Assembly: GCA_963716745.1 (NCBI GenBank)
Contig: OY970320.1
Location: 1,312,001 to 1,376,000 of the forward strand
Source of the DNA: an uncultured Gemmatimonadaceae bacterium
GTDB taxonomy: Bacteria; Gemmatimonadota; Gemmatimonadetes; Gemmatimonadales; Gemmatimonadaceae
Direction: 5' to 3'
Length of the DNA stretch: 64,000 bases
A model generated the notes under the pieces. The model made no database searches, was not told the origin of the DNA, and saw only the letters and a list, made by a program, of their open reading frames with translations. Shown here piece by piece: positions 1 through 9,835 of the stretch. The translations under genes were made by a program, and so were the position numbers. The stretch's first letter is position 1. Each line of letters begins with the position of its first letter.

Positions 1-631
1 CTTCGAATTCCTCACCGCGCTCGAGATCCCCTATGAACCGCCGGTGTGGAGACTGGGTCCCTTCCCCGCCGAACTCGCGGCGCAGCGCGCGTATTTCGCG
101 GCGATCGGGCGGCCGGTCGCCTCACTCGTGATCGGCGCGAGCCATCCGCAAAAAGAATGGCTGCCGGAACGATGGGCCGAACTCGCGGCCGCGCTCGATC
201 GCGACTTCGGTCTCGAGGTCGTGCTCGCCGGCGGCCGCAGCCCGAGCGAGCTCGAGACCGCGCGGATCATGACGGAGAAACTCGGGAGAGCGCCGCGATC
301 CACGCTCGGCGTTCCGCTCCGCGAGCTGGTGAGTCTGCTGCACGGATCCGCGCTCGTCCTCTCGCTCGACACGGGCCCGCTGCACATGGCGGTCGCGCTC
401 GACCGGCCCACTATTTCGCTCATGGGCTACAACAATCCCAAACGCGTGGGCCCGTACCGGAAATTCCACGATCTGCTCGTGGACGCGTACGGCGACCCCG
501 GCGAGGATTATCCCGTGAGCATCGCGCACCGCCTCGATCGCATGCCCCGGATCACGGTGCGCGACGTCCTCGACCGCGTGGCGATCTGGGCGAAGCGCTA
601 CCGCGACGGCGCAGGACCCGTGGGCCGGTAG
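1..631 (+). CDS. Glycosyltransferase family 9 (heptosyltransferase-like), 5' truncated by window edge
   Basis: Frame open from position 2 (FEFLTALEIPY...); [16 protein letters not shown] motif typical of GT9; closely similar to 1137..2204. Confidence 0.9.
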   Translation, partial: FEFLTALEIPYEPPVWRLGPFPAELAAQRAYFAAIGRPVASLVIGASHPQKEWLPERWAELAAALDRDFGLEVVLAGGRSPSELETARIMTEKLGRAPRSTLGVPLRELVSLLHGSALVLSLDTGPLHMAVALDRPTISLMGYNNPKRVGPYRKFHDLLVDAYGDPGEDYPVSIAHRLDRMPRITVRDVLDRVAIWAKRYRDGAGPVGR

Positions 632-882
632 CGCGGGTCGTTATACATCTTGAACTGACGGTAGACCTTCGGCGTCACCCGCCCCGCCGCGATCTCGCCA
701 AGCAGCACCGTGAGTTCAGCCGCGAGATCGTCGCGCTGGAGCTGGAGCACCGCGAGGCGCTCGGTGCACTGCGCGCGGAACTCGACCGTGGCATCCTGGC
801 GCTCCGATTGCTCGCGCATGTGCCAGATCTTGAGCTCCATGATGCTGATCTTGTCGGCGAGCCAGCCGACGGTCTCAGCCAC
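598..882 (-). CDS. DUF4254-like protein, C-terminal half
   Basis: [20 protein letters not shown] and [12 protein letters not shown] match the C-terminal part of DUF4254; GTG start overlaps the upstream stop, with GGAG upstream. Confidence 0.75.
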   Translation of the reverse strand: MAETVGWLADKISIMELKIWHMREQSERQDATVEFRAQCTERLAVLQLQRDDLAAELTVLLGEIAAGRVTPKVYRQFKMYNDPRYRPTGPAPSR

Positions 883-1087
883 CGGACTTCTCTCCGCGCG
901 CCGCGCGCATCACCTCGGCATCAATGCGCTCGATGAGGTCGTTGCGCCGCTGGTTGAGCTTGTCCACCGCGCGCTTCGCGGCGGCCACCTGATGATCGTC
1001 GGGCACGCGCGCTTTGTCCTCTTCGTGCCAGAGTTCGACGTTCGTCTCCGCGAGGCGCGCGATCAGGGCGCCGATCGACTCGTTCAT
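875..1087 (-). CDS. DUF4254-like protein, N-terminal half (70 aa)
   Basis: [12 protein letters not shown]...[20 protein letters not shown] matches the DUF4254 N-terminal part; ATG at 1087 preceded by GGAG. Confidence 0.75.
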   Translation of the reverse strand: MNESIGALIARLAETNVELWHEEDKARVPDDHQVAAAKRAVDKLNQRRNDLIERIDAEVMRAARGEKSGG

Positions 1088-1136
1088 TCCCCGCTCCGGG
1101 TAGTGGACCAGCGGATAAGATAGCCGTGCCGCGCCA

Positions 1137-2204
1137 TTGGCCGCTACATTTCCGCGAATCGTGACTGACACTAATACTCCCTCACCCCGCGGAACGCTGG
1201 GCCGAGTCGGCATCGTCATGCTGAGCGCCGTGGGCGACGCCGTGCACGCGCTGAGCGTGGTGAGCGCGCTCAAGCGTCATGACCCCAGCGCGCACATCAC
1301 GTGGGTGATGCAACCCGGGCCCGCGATGCTCGTGCGCGGGCACCCGGCGGTGGACGAGATCGTGCTGTTCGACCGGAAGCGCGGATGGCGCGCCTTTCTC
1401 GACGTGCGCAACGCGCTCACGCAGCCGTTCGACGTGCTGCTCGATCTCCAGGTGTATCTCAAGGCCGGCGTGCTCACGGCGCTGGCGCCATCGCGCGTGA
1501 AGGTCGGCTTCGACCGCGCGCGCGCGTACGATCTCAATTGGCTGTTCACGAACCGGAAGATCCCGCCGCACCCGATCCAGCACGTGCAGGACCAATACTT
1601 CGAATTCCTGACGGCGATCGGCGTGCCGGTAGAACCCGTGACGTGGGGACTCGGGCCGTGGCCGGAGGAGCGCGCGTGGCAGAAGGAGTTCATGAAGCAG
1701 TTCGACCGTCCGATCGCGCCACTGGTGATCGGCAGCAGCAAGCCGCAGAAGGACTGGCTGCCGGAGCGCTGGTCGCAGCTCGCCGACGCGCTGAGCGCGG
1801 ATTTCGGACTGACGCCGGTGCTCGTAGGCGGGCAATCGCCCCGCGAGCTCGCGACCGCGGGTGCGATCGCCGCGGGCGCGAAGCGCCCCGTGGTGAATGC
1901 GCTCGGCAGCGGGCTGCGCCGGCTCGTCAGCATCCTCGACGCGGCCGCGCTCGTCGTATCGCTCGACACGGGGCCGCTGCATATGGCCGTCGCGCTCGAC
2001 CGCCCGGTGGTGAGCCTCATCGGCTACAGCAATCCGAAGCGCGTGGGGCCCTACCGGAAATTCCGCGATCTCATGGTGGACGCGTACGGCGATCCGGGCG
2101 AGGACTATCCGGCGAACATGGAGAACCGCCTGGACCGCATGCCGCGGATCACCGTGCGCGACGTGCTCGAGCGGGTGGAACGATGGAGGACGAACTACCT
2201 TTAG
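1137..2204 (+). CDS. Glycosyltransferase family 9 (LPS heptosyltransferase-like); true start may be GTG 1161
   Basis: [10 protein letters not shown]-terminal motif and [14 protein letters not shown]-terminal motif. Confidence 0.9.
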   Translation: MAATFPRIVTDTNTPSPRGTLGRVGIVMLSAVGDAVHALSVVSALKRHDPSAHITWVMQPGPAMLVRGHPAVDEIVLFDRKRGWRAFLDVRNALTQPFDVLLDLQVYLKAGVLTALAPSRVKVGFDRARAYDLNWLFTNRKIPPHPIQHVQDQYFEFLTAIGVPVEPVTWGLGPWPEERAWQKEFMKQFDRPIAPLVIGSSKPQKDWLPERWSQLADALSADFGLTPVLVGGQSPRELATAGAIAAGAKRPVVNALGSGLRRLVSILDAAALVVSLDTGPLHMAVALDRPVVSLIGYSNPKRVGPYRKFRDLMVDAYGDPGEDYPANMENRLDRMPRITVRDVLERVERWRTNYL

Positions 2205-2206
2205 CT

Positions 2207-2428
2207 GGAACTACAACTACAACGGCTTCAAGGGGATCATGCGGATGGGGCGGATTCGGCGGATCGCTCACTGCGCAATGAGGGCGCCATGCACGCGGTC
2301 GAGTCTCTGTTCTTGTTGTTAACAACAAAAACACGGCGTTGACCGGGCGCGCGGAGCCGCTGTGCCAACAGGAGCGATCCGCCGAATCCGCCCCATCCGC
2401 ATGATCCCCCTGAAGTCGTTGCCGTTCC
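2207..2428. repeat. ~220-bp palindromic intergenic element (family A)
   Basis: Arms 2221-2269 and 2372-2420 are reverse complements at 47/49; central perfect palindrome TTGTTGTT|AACAACAA lies on the same axis (2320/2321). Confidence 0.95.
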
Positions 2429-2434
2429 CACGAG

Positions 2435-3031
2435 CTACTCCGTCGAGAGCCCCGTGAAGTCGTACCGCACGCCGATGCGTTTCAGGAGCGCGAGCATGCG
2501 CCCGATCGCGAGGCCCATCACGGCGAAGTAGTCGCCGTCGATGCGTTCGACGATCGCGGCGCCGTAGCCCTGGATCCCGTACGCGCCCGCCTTGTCCATC
2601 GGCTCCTTGGTCGCGACGTAGCGCTCGATGGTCGCGCTGTCGAGCGCGCGGAAGGTGACGCCCACTTCCTCCACGCCGCTCTCCATGCGCGCGCCGCGCG
2701 CGACGGCCACGGCGGTAAACACCACGTGCGGGCGTCCCGCGAGACGCCGCAGCATGCGCGCCGCCTCCGAAACATCCGCCGGTTTGCCGAGTACGTCGCC
2801 GTCGATGACGACGATCGTGTCCGCCGCGACCACCACCGCATCGGGATGCTTCGCAGCGATCGCAAGGCACTTCTCGCGCGCGAGACGCTCGGCGTGCTTC
2901 GGCGGGTCCTCGCCCGCGAGATACGTCTCGTCGATGTCGGCCGGTACTACCTCGTGTGCGATGCCGATCATGTTCAGCAGATCGCGGCGTCGCGGGGACG
3001 CCGACGCGAGGATCACGCGCGCGCTGCTCAC
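2435..3031 (-). CDS. maf: Maf family nucleoside triphosphate pyrophosphatase
   Basis: [28 protein letters not shown] motifs; GTG 3031 overlaps the dtd stop (ATG 3043 is an alternative). Confidence 0.93.
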   Translation of the reverse strand: MSSARVILASASPRRRDLLNMIGIAHEVVPADIDETYLAGEDPPKHAERLAREKCLAIAAKHPDAVVVAADTIVVIDGDVLGKPADVSEAARMLRRLAGRPHVVFTAVAVARGARMESGVEEVGVTFRALDSATIERYVATKEPMDKAGAYGIQGYGAAIVERIDGDYFAVMGLAIGRMLALLKRIGVRYDFTGLSTE

Positions 3032-3465
3032 TTCTCGAGCCATAACGTGACGGGCCCATCGTTCACCAGATCGACATCCATCATCGCACCGAATTCTCCC
3101 GTCGCGACGGTGAGTTTCTGCTCGCGCAGCAGCGCGACGAACCGTTCGTAGAGCGGCTGCGCGAGCTCCGGCCGCGCCGCATCGATGAAGCTCGGGCGGC
3201 GCCCCTTCTCCGCGTTCCCGTAGAGCGTGAACTGCGACACCACCAGCACCGCGCCGCCGACATCCGCGAGCGAGAGGTTCATCTTCCCCTCCGCGTCGCC
3301 GAATAGCCGCAGCCCCGCGACCTTCTCGGCCATCCACGCGGCCTGCGATTCGGTGTCGGTATGCGTGACGCCCACGAGCAACAGGAAGCCGCGACCGATC
3401 GTTCCGGTCGACCTTCCATCCACCCGAACTTCGGCGCGCGAGACGCGCTGGAGAAGGACGCGCAC
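3028..3465 (-). CDS. dtd: D-aminoacyl-tRNA deacylase
   Basis: [11 protein letters not shown] start, VSQFTL and NDGPVT motifs. Confidence 0.95.
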   Translation of the reverse strand: MRVLLQRVSRAEVRVDGRSTGTIGRGFLLLVGVTHTDTESQAAWMAEKVAGLRLFGDAEGKMNLSLADVGGAVLVVSQFTLYGNAEKGRRPSFIDAARPELAQPLYERFVALLREQKLTVATGEFGAMMDVDLVNDGPVTLWLEK

Positions 3466-3467
3466 CG

Positions 3468-4400
3468 CTAGGCGGCGCGCGTGGCGGCGAGCGTGCGCGC
3501 GAGGCCCTCGTCGAGTCCGATCGTCGGCGCCCAGCCCAGCAGGCTGCGCGCGCGATCGAGTGATGCGAGCGAGTCGCGCACATCGCCGGCGCGCTCGGGC
3601 TCGTGCCGCGGCTTCACTCTCGCGCCGGTGAGCTTCTGGATGCGTTCCCAGAGTTGCAGCACGCTCAGCCGCTCGCCGCATCCGATGTTGAACACCTCGC
3701 CGAGCGCGGCGTCGGGCGCGGTGCACGCGGCGAGATTCGCGCGCACGACATTCTCGACGTACGTGAAATCGCGCGTCTGTCCGCCGTCGCCGTAGATCGT
3801 GGGCGGTGTCCCGGCGAGCGCGGCCGCGATGAACTTCGGCACCACCGCCGCGTACTGCGAATTCGGATCCTGCCGCGGTCCGAACACATTGAAGTACCGC
3901 AGACTGATCGCCGGCAAACCGTACGACGCATGGAACGCGCGACAGTAGCTCTCCGCCGCGAGCTTCGCCGCCGCGTACGGCGACCGCGGACGCGGCACGA
4001 TCATTTCGTGCTTCGGCAGTTCGGTGGTGTCGCCATACGCCGAAGAGGATGCCGCGAACACCACGCGCTTCACCTTCGCATCGCGTGCGGCGATGAGCAC
4101 GTTCAAGGTACCGGTCGCATTCACCGCGTGTGACGTGACCGGATCGCTCACCGACCTCGGCACCGACGGCACCGCCGCCTCGTGCAGCACGAAATCGGCG
4201 CCGCCGATGGCACGCGCGCACGCCGCGGCATCGGTGATGCTCCCTTCCACGAGCGTGATCCGGTCGAGCCACTGCGCGATGTTCGCGCGCTTCCCCGATG
4301 AGAAATCGTCGAGGACGGTCACGTGATGCCCGCCCCCGACAAGATGCTCCACGAGATGCGACCCAATGAACCCCGCCCCACCCGTGACAACGTATCTCAT
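3468..4400 (-). CDS. NAD-dependent nucleotide-sugar epimerase/dehydratase (WbpP-like extended SDR)
   Basis: [32 protein letters not shown]. Confidence 0.9.
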   Translation of the reverse strand: MRYVVTGGAGFIGSHLVEHLVGGGHHVTVLDDFSSGKRANIAQWLDRITLVEGSITDAAACARAIGGADFVLHEAAVPSVPRSVSDPVTSHAVNATGTLNVLIAARDAKVKRVVFAASSSAYGDTTELPKHEMIVPRPRSPYAAAKLAAESYCRAFHASYGLPAISLRYFNVFGPRQDPNSQYAAVVPKFIAAALAGTPPTIYGDGGQTRDFTYVENVVRANLAACTAPDAALGEVFNIGCGERLSVLQLWERIQKLTGARVKPRHEPERAGDVRDSLASLDRARSLLGWAPTIGLDEGLARTLAATRAA

Positions 4401-4444
4401 GCCGTGAAGCTCGACGGGAGAGAGACAATCGTCAACCGCGAGGT

Positions 4445-4484
4445 TTGCATTCTAACGTCTAGGTCTGGCGTCTAGGTCTGTCGT
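4445..4484. repeat. Short 13-nt-period GTCTA repeat (family D, copy 1)
   Basis: TTGCATTCTAACGTCTAGGTCTGGCGTCTAGGTCTG; near-identical start to 20433-20473. Confidence 0.7.
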
Positions 4485-5234
4485 TCAGAACGACAACTGT
4501 ATCCCCGCCGACAACGTCCGGTCACTGTCCTTGAACCCCGGCTCCGGCTGGTTGTTGTACGCGATCGCGTACGCCAGGCGCATCGAGATGCTCTCCGAGA
4601 GCGGCGCGAGCAGTTCCGCGAGCGAGTTCACGCGATAGTTCTCTGAATTCTTCAGGTCGGGCAGGAACTCGATCGCTTCCTGGAAATACGTCTTCTTCTG
4701 CCAGCTGTGACGGTACCTGGCCGCGAGGCGGCCGTTCGGGAAATCGTTCTCCACCTGTGCCGTGGACCGCTCCTGCGTAAGTCCGACGCCGGCCTCGAGA
4801 TCGAGCAGATCCTTTGGCGCGGCGATCGCGTGATACGTCGCGCCTATCTGCTCGCCGAACCGCTGGTCGATGCCGGCGAACGGATCGCGATAATAGCGCA
4901 GCCCGAGGTACATGCCCCACTTCGGCCCGAACGCGCGCTCGGCGCGCAGCCCGAACGCGAGCTGGTTCGCCGTCTCGGCGCTGTCGTTCTTGCCGTAGAC
5001 GTAGGCGAGGATCTGCTTGAACGTCCACGCATGGTCGAGGAGCGTGATCTCATCGCCCGCGGTGAGCGTGGTGAGCGACGTGTTGCCGGAAATGTTCACG
5101 AAGCCGAGGTTGAACACGGCGGTGAATTTCTTGACCGTGTCCTTGGGCGCGGCGTCCTGCGCGCGCGCGAGCGACGTCGTGGCGGCGAGTGCAGCGCCGA
5201 GGAGCATGCAGGCGCGACGAATGCGGAGAGTCAT
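4485..5234 (-). CDS. DUF481/YdiY-like outer-membrane beta-barrel protein
   Basis: Signal peptide, GFVNISGNT, amphipathic strands, terminal Phe. Confidence 0.8.
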   Translation of the reverse strand: MTLRIRRACMLLGAALAATTSLARAQDAAPKDTVKKFTAVFNLGFVNISGNTSLTTLTAGDEITLLDHAWTFKQILAYVYGKNDSAETANQLAFGLRAERAFGPKWGMYLGLRYYRDPFAGIDQRFGEQIGATYHAIAAPKDLLDLEAGVGLTQERSTAQVENDFPNGRLAARYRHSWQKKTYFQEAIEFLPDLKNSENYRVNSLAELLAPLSESISMRLAYAIAYNNQPEPGFKDSDRTLSAGIQLSF

Positions 5235-5300
5235 AGTGGCGTTGTGGTCAGGAGTGATCATGCGGCACCGCGCGCGGCCGGGTGGCCGCAAGAGCGAAAG

Positions 5301-6266
5301 CTAAGCGGGCCGGGACTCAGCGGCAGTGGCGGCCGCTGGTCGAAGACTCTCCGCCCGCAGTTCGATGCGCAGCTCGCCGCCACCCTCGCTCAGCGAACCG
5401 CCCTGCGCGCGGATCAGGCGCTCCGCGAGCCGCATCGGCAGCGATCCGGCCGCATCGGCGCCCGTTCCCGTCACGTGGATGCCGATCGTCCCCGGCGTTC
5501 GTTCCGCCGCGTCCACGCTCAGCTCGCTGCCAGCGGTCGCGCGATCGACGACATGGGTCAGGGCGATCGTCACCGCCTCCTGTGCGTGCATTGGATCCAC
5601 CGACGCGCGCGGCGCCGAGGGCGAGATCGACGACCGGATCGTGACACCGCGCTTCGCGGCGCGCGCCTCCGCGATCGCGAGCACCGGGCGCAGCAACTCG
5701 GCGAGTCCGACGGACCTCATGTGCATCTCCACCTGCCCGCGCTCCAGATCGAGGAACTTGCGGACCTGTCGCAATTCCACCTCCGCCGCCTCCGCCGCGT
5801 CCCGCGCCGACTGCAGGATCTCCTCCTGATTCTCGTTCAGTTCACCGAACGGCGAGTCGAGCAGGATGTGCAGGGGCAATTGCACCTCCCGCATGCCGTC
5901 GGCCAGCTGCGACGTGAGGTCGTTCAGCAGCGACTCCATCTCCTCGGTGCGCCGCTCCGCCGCAGCCACCTTCGCCGTCCGCACTCTCTCGGTGCGCTCG
6001 ATCTCATCGAGTTCGTCCGCCGATGCGCCGTGCGGGCCCGTCGGCTCCTCTCGCGCGCGCATCGCCAGCTGCGCAACGCGGTGCGCCACGTACCGCGTAT
6101 TCCGCCACGCGAGCACCAATGAGATGATCGCCGCCACGGCGGCCACGACGATCACGATCTCCGGCGCCTGGTGCGCGTACTGTCCCCAATACGCGAGGCC
6201 TGCCACGCTGAACACGCCGATCACCGCCGGCAGCACTGCGAGCATCAACCGCTGGCCGACCCTCAC
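5301..6266 (-). CDS. Membrane histidine-kinase-like protein with degenerate H, N and G boxes (probable pseudokinase)
   Basis: Two N-terminal TM helices, DHp-like segment LPLHILLDSPFGELNENQEEIL, HATPase-like tail LAERLIRAQGGSL; canonical motifs absent. Confidence 0.7.
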   Translation of the reverse strand: MRVGQRLMLAVLPAVIGVFSVAGLAYWGQYAHQAPEIVIVVAAVAAIISLVLAWRNTRYVAHRVAQLAMRAREEPTGPHGASADELDEIERTERVRTAKVAAAERRTEEMESLLNDLTSQLADGMREVQLPLHILLDSPFGELNENQEEILQSARDAAEAAEVELRQVRKFLDLERGQVEMHMRSVGLAELLRPVLAIAEARAAKRGVTIRSSISPSAPRASVDPMHAQEAVTIALTHVVDRATAGSELSVDAAERTPGTIGIHVTGTGADAAGSLPMRLAERLIRAQGGSLSEGGGELRIELRAESLRPAAATAAESRPA

Positions 6267-7432
6267 GGCGTCTCCGGCGTTTGATCATCGCGGTCGCTGT
6301 CCACCACGAGCACGTCGAGACCACCGGGCTCGGCGATCATCGCATCCACCACCGAGCGCCGGCGCAGCCGGTGCCACCACGTCCGGCGGCTCGCTCCGAG
6401 TATCACGAGCGCGACGCCGTGCTCGCGCGCGAATCGCCGGAGCGCGCCAGCCACATCGGCATCCTCCAGCTTCATCACCATCGCGCCCATCGACTGCGCC
6501 TTCTGGATGTTGTCCACGAGCCGGCGCTGCACGGTGGCGTCGATCCGGTCGGCGCGCTCGTTCGGCGTCTGCACGTACACGCAATACCAATCGGTGTTCA
6601 GCCGCCCCGCGATCCGGCTCGCGCGCCGCAGCAGCGACGCGGTGCGCGGTGGATCGCTCGACATCGCCACCATGATCCGGTCGGCGCTGCGCGGCGCCGG
6701 CGCCTGCCCCGTTTCGCGGCGCACGATCGCCTCGCGCACGCGGTCCACCGAGCTCGCCACCTCACGCAGCGCCAGCTCACGCAGTGTGGTGAGGTTCTCG
6801 GCGGTGAAGAAATTCTCGAGCGCCGCCGGGATCTTCTCGCGGCCGTAGATCTTTCCATCGGCGAGCCGATCGCGCAGATCTTCGGCGCTGAGATCGATGT
6901 TCACCACCTGGTCCGCTTGGGAGATCACCCAGTCGGGCACCGTCTCGCGCACCGTGACGCCCAGCGTCTGCTGGATGACGTCGTTCAGCGACTCGAGATG
7001 CTGCACGTTCACCGCGCAGATCACATTGATCCCCGCGTCGATGAGCGCGAGTACATCCTCCCACCGCTTCCGGAACTTGGAACCCGGCACGTTCGTGTGC
7101 GCGAGCTCATCGACGAGCGCGACCGTCGGCCGGCGCGCGAGCACGGCGTCCACATCCATCTCGCGCAGCGTCACGCCGCGGTACTCGATCGCGCGCGTCG
7201 GCACGCTCTCGAGCCCTTCGAGCAGCGCGGCCGTCTCCGCGCGGCCGTGGGTCTCGATGAAGCCGACCACCACATCCACGCCGCGCTGCCGGAGCGCGTG
7301 CGCCTCGGTGAGCATGCGGTACGTCTTGCCCACGCCGGCGGCCGACCCAATGTACACCTTGAGCTTCCCGCGCTCGCGGCGGCTGAGGAGTTTGAGGAAC
7401 TCCGCGCTGTCCCCGCTCTCGGGGCGGTCCAT
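6263..7432 (-). CDS. kdpD: Stand-alone KdpD N-terminal sensor domain plus USP domain
   Basis: GKLKVYIGSAAGVGKTY, VDELAHTN, NVQHLESLND, LRELALREVA followed by a USP fold; no TM or kinase domain. Confidence 0.9.
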   Translation of the reverse strand: MDRPESGDSAEFLKLLSRRERGKLKVYIGSAAGVGKTYRMLTEAHALRQRGVDVVVGFIETHGRAETAALLEGLESVPTRAIEYRGVTLREMDVDAVLARRPTVALVDELAHTNVPGSKFRKRWEDVLALIDAGINVICAVNVQHLESLNDVIQQTLGVTVRETVPDWVISQADQVVNIDLSAEDLRDRLADGKIYGREKIPAALENFFTAENLTTLRELALREVASSVDRVREAIVRRETGQAPAPRSADRIMVAMSSDPPRTASLLRRASRIAGRLNTDWYCVYVQTPNERADRIDATVQRRLVDNIQKAQSMGAMVMKLEDADVAGALRRFAREHGVALVILGASRRTWWHRLRRRSVVDAMIAEPGGLDVLVVDSDRDDQTPETP

Positions 7433-7506
7433 GCTCGAAGCTATCATGGCGCTCCGCGCGCGGCGACAGGGTGGCGCAGGCCGTGACATTGGTGCAGCGT
7501 TCTGCG

Positions 7507-8226
7507 ATGACCGCTGCCGCGAATGGCACCATTCTCGTGGTGGATGACGAGCCCAAGATCCGCGCGCTCGTGCACGAAGCGCTCTCGAACGAAGCCGGGC
7601 GTGTGCTCGACGCATCCACGGGTCGTGAAGCGATCGCGGTGGCGACCGCTGAACGGCCCGACCTGATCGTGCTCGACCTCGGCCTGCCGGACATGGACGG
7701 GCTCGAGGTGTGCCGCGCGGTGCGCCAATGGTCGAGCGCGCCGATCCTCGTGCTCTCCGCGCGCCCGGGCGAGGAAGACAAGACCGCGCTCCTCGACGCC
7801 GGCGCCGATGACTATGTCACCAAGCCATTCAGCATCGTGGAGCTCCGCGCGCGCGTGCGCGCCCAGCTGCGCCGCGCGCGCATGACGCCGCTGCCCGGCT
7901 CCGATGCGCCGCTCGAGGTCGGTCATCTCACGATCGACACCGCGCGCCGCCGCATCACGCGCGATGGCGAGGAAGTCCATCTCACGCCCACGGAGTGGAA
8001 TCTGCTCCAAGCACTGCTCGCGCTCGCCGACCGGCCGGCCACGCACCAGAAGCTCTACCACGCCGTGTGGGGCAACGCCTCCGGCGACGCGCAGCAATAC
8101 CTGCGCGTGTACGTCGGCCATCTCCGCCGGAAGCTCGAGCGCGATCCGGTTCATCCGCGCCTCATCATCACGGAACCCGGCATCGGATACCGCCTCGTGC
8201 TCGAGCCCGGCGCGAGCGAGTCGTGA
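7507..8226 (+). CDS. kdpE: KdpE-like OmpR-family response regulator
   Basis: DLGLPDMDG, GADDYVTKPF, YLRVYVGHLRRKLE, TEPGIGYR. Confidence 0.9.
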   Translation: MTAAANGTILVVDDEPKIRALVHEALSNEAGRVLDASTGREAIAVATAERPDLIVLDLGLPDMDGLEVCRAVRQWSSAPILVLSARPGEEDKTALLDAGADDYVTKPFSIVELRARVRAQLRRARMTPLPGSDAPLEVGHLTIDTARRRITRDGEEVHLTPTEWNLLQALLALADRPATHQKLYHAVWGNASGDAQQYLRVYVGHLRRKLERDPVHPRLIITEPGIGYRLVLEPGASES

Positions 8227-9797
8227 GCAAGCCAGTTGAGATATCGCCCCGCGCACGCGGTCTCCTCACCTGGACGGCGTCGCTCTTCCTGCTCGTCGTC
8301 GCCACGGCCGTGCTCTACGAGTTCCGTCCGCAGCTCGACAAAGCGCAGTTCGCGCTCGTCTATCTGCTCGTCGTGCTCTTCGGCAGCGCCGCCGGCGGAC
8401 GCGCGCTCGGACTCGCGCTCGCGGCGCTGGCGTTCCTGCTCTTCGATTTCCTCTTCCTGCCGCCGTACTACACCTTCGCGATCACGAATCAGCTCGACTG
8501 GCTGGTGCTCGTCGCTTTTCTGGTGACGAGTGTCGTCGCGGCGCAGCTCCTCGCGCGCGCCGATCGTCGAACCGCGGATGCGCGCGACCGCACGGTCGAG
8601 GTCGAGCGCCTCGCCGCGCTCGGCGCCGAATCGCTGAGTGCCGGACGCGCCGAGGATGCGCTTGCCGCGATCTGCGGCGTCATCCGCGAGACGCTCGGCG
8701 TGGAGCGATGCGAGGTATACGCGCAGGAGGATCGCGCCGGCGCGCCGGCCCTGCGGCTCGCCGCGAGTGCCGGCAATGGAAGCGCGGGCCCCGAACTCGC
8801 GGACCCGAACAGCATCCTCACGTGGGTCGCGGACCACGGCACCTCCGCGACGGAGCGCCTCGACGGCACGGCGCGCGTCGCACCGGGGTCCATCGTGTGG
8901 CCGGATCCGGGCGATGCCCGCGTGCTCGTGCTCCCGCTTCGCGCGCGCGATCATGGCGTTGGCGCGCTGCGCATCGTCAACGGCACGGGGATCATGCTCG
9001 CCGGCAGCCAGCGGCAGTTCCTGACGGCGCTCGCCTACTATGCGGCGCTCGGCGTCGAACGGCTGCGTCTCACCGCCGAGGCGAGCCGCGCCGACGCGCT
9101 GCGCGAGGCCGACAAGCTCAAGGACGCGCTGCTGGCCGCGGTCTCGCACGACCTGCGCACGCCGCTCACTACGATCAAGGCGCTCGCGCACCGGATCGGC
9201 GAGTCCGGCGCGGCGCCGAACGACGAGCGCGCGGAGTCCATTGAAGAGGAGGCCGACCGTCTCGCGCGCGTCGTGAGCGATCTCCTCGAGTTGTCGCGCA
9301 TCACCAGCGGGGCTGCGCGGTTCCATCCCGAGTTGAACACCGCCGAAGAATTGCTGGGCGCGGTGTTGCAGCGCGTGTCCGGCGTGCTCCACGGCCGCCG
9401 CGTGCTCGTGACCGAGCCGGACGATACCGAGCTGCTCGTCGGCCGGTTCGATCTCGTGCATACGCTGCGCGCGCTCGGCAATCTCGTGGAGAACGCGCTC
9501 AAGTACAGCGATCGCGCGAGCGCGGTGGAGGTCGCGGTGCGCCGCGACGAAGGCATGCTCGTCTTCTCGGTGTCCGATCGCGGGCCCGGCGTGCCCGAAG
9601 CCGAACGCGAGCGGATCTTCGAACCGTTCTACCGTCCGCCCGGCGTGCCGTCCGACACCGGCGGTTCCGGGTTGGGACTCACCATCGCGCGCGGGATCGC
9701 CGACGCGCAGGGCGGCGCGCTGCGATTCCGGCCGCGCGAAGGCGGCGGCAGTGTGTTCGAGCTTCTCCTGCCGGCGGTAGAGCACACTCCAGTGTAG
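8223..9797 (+). CDS. kdpD: KdpD-type membrane histidine kinase (DUF4118 TM + GAF + HisKA + HATPase) lacking the N-terminal KdpD/USP domains
   Basis: FDFLFLPPYYTF, SHDLRTPLT, NLVENALKY, DRGPG, GSGLGL; GTG overlaps the kdpE stop. Confidence 0.88.
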   Translation: MSKPVEISPRARGLLTWTASLFLLVVATAVLYEFRPQLDKAQFALVYLLVVLFGSAAGGRALGLALAALAFLLFDFLFLPPYYTFAITNQLDWLVLVAFLVTSVVAAQLLARADRRTADARDRTVEVERLAALGAESLSAGRAEDALAAICGVIRETLGVERCEVYAQEDRAGAPALRLAASAGNGSAGPELADPNSILTWVADHGTSATERLDGTARVAPGSIVWPDPGDARVLVLPLRARDHGVGALRIVNGTGIMLAGSQRQFLTALAYYAALGVERLRLTAEASRADALREADKLKDALLAAVSHDLRTPLTTIKALAHRIGESGAAPNDERAESIEEEADRLARVVSDLLELSRITSGAARFHPELNTAEELLGAVLQRVSGVLHGRRVLVTEPDDTELLVGRFDLVHTLRALGNLVENALKYSDRASAVEVAVRRDEGMLVFSVSDRGPGVPEAERERIFEPFYRPPGVPSDTGGSGLGLTIARGIADAQGGALRFRPREGGGSVFELLLPAVEHTPV

Positions 9798-9835
9798 CAC
9801 CGCTACTACTGAGTGCGCGGCGGCGTTCTGCCGCC

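Noticed and set aside
2149..2431. Short ORFs with repeated peptide GSCGWGGFGGSL, and similar ORFs at 39586-39825
   Set aside because: They are translations of the palindrome arms, with no RBS or coding signal
2435..4428. Long ORFs 2435..3583 and 3028..4428 as maf or dtd fusions
   Set aside because: The N-terminal extensions are Arg/Ala-rich off-frame read-through of neighbouring genes; real starts are 3031 and 3465
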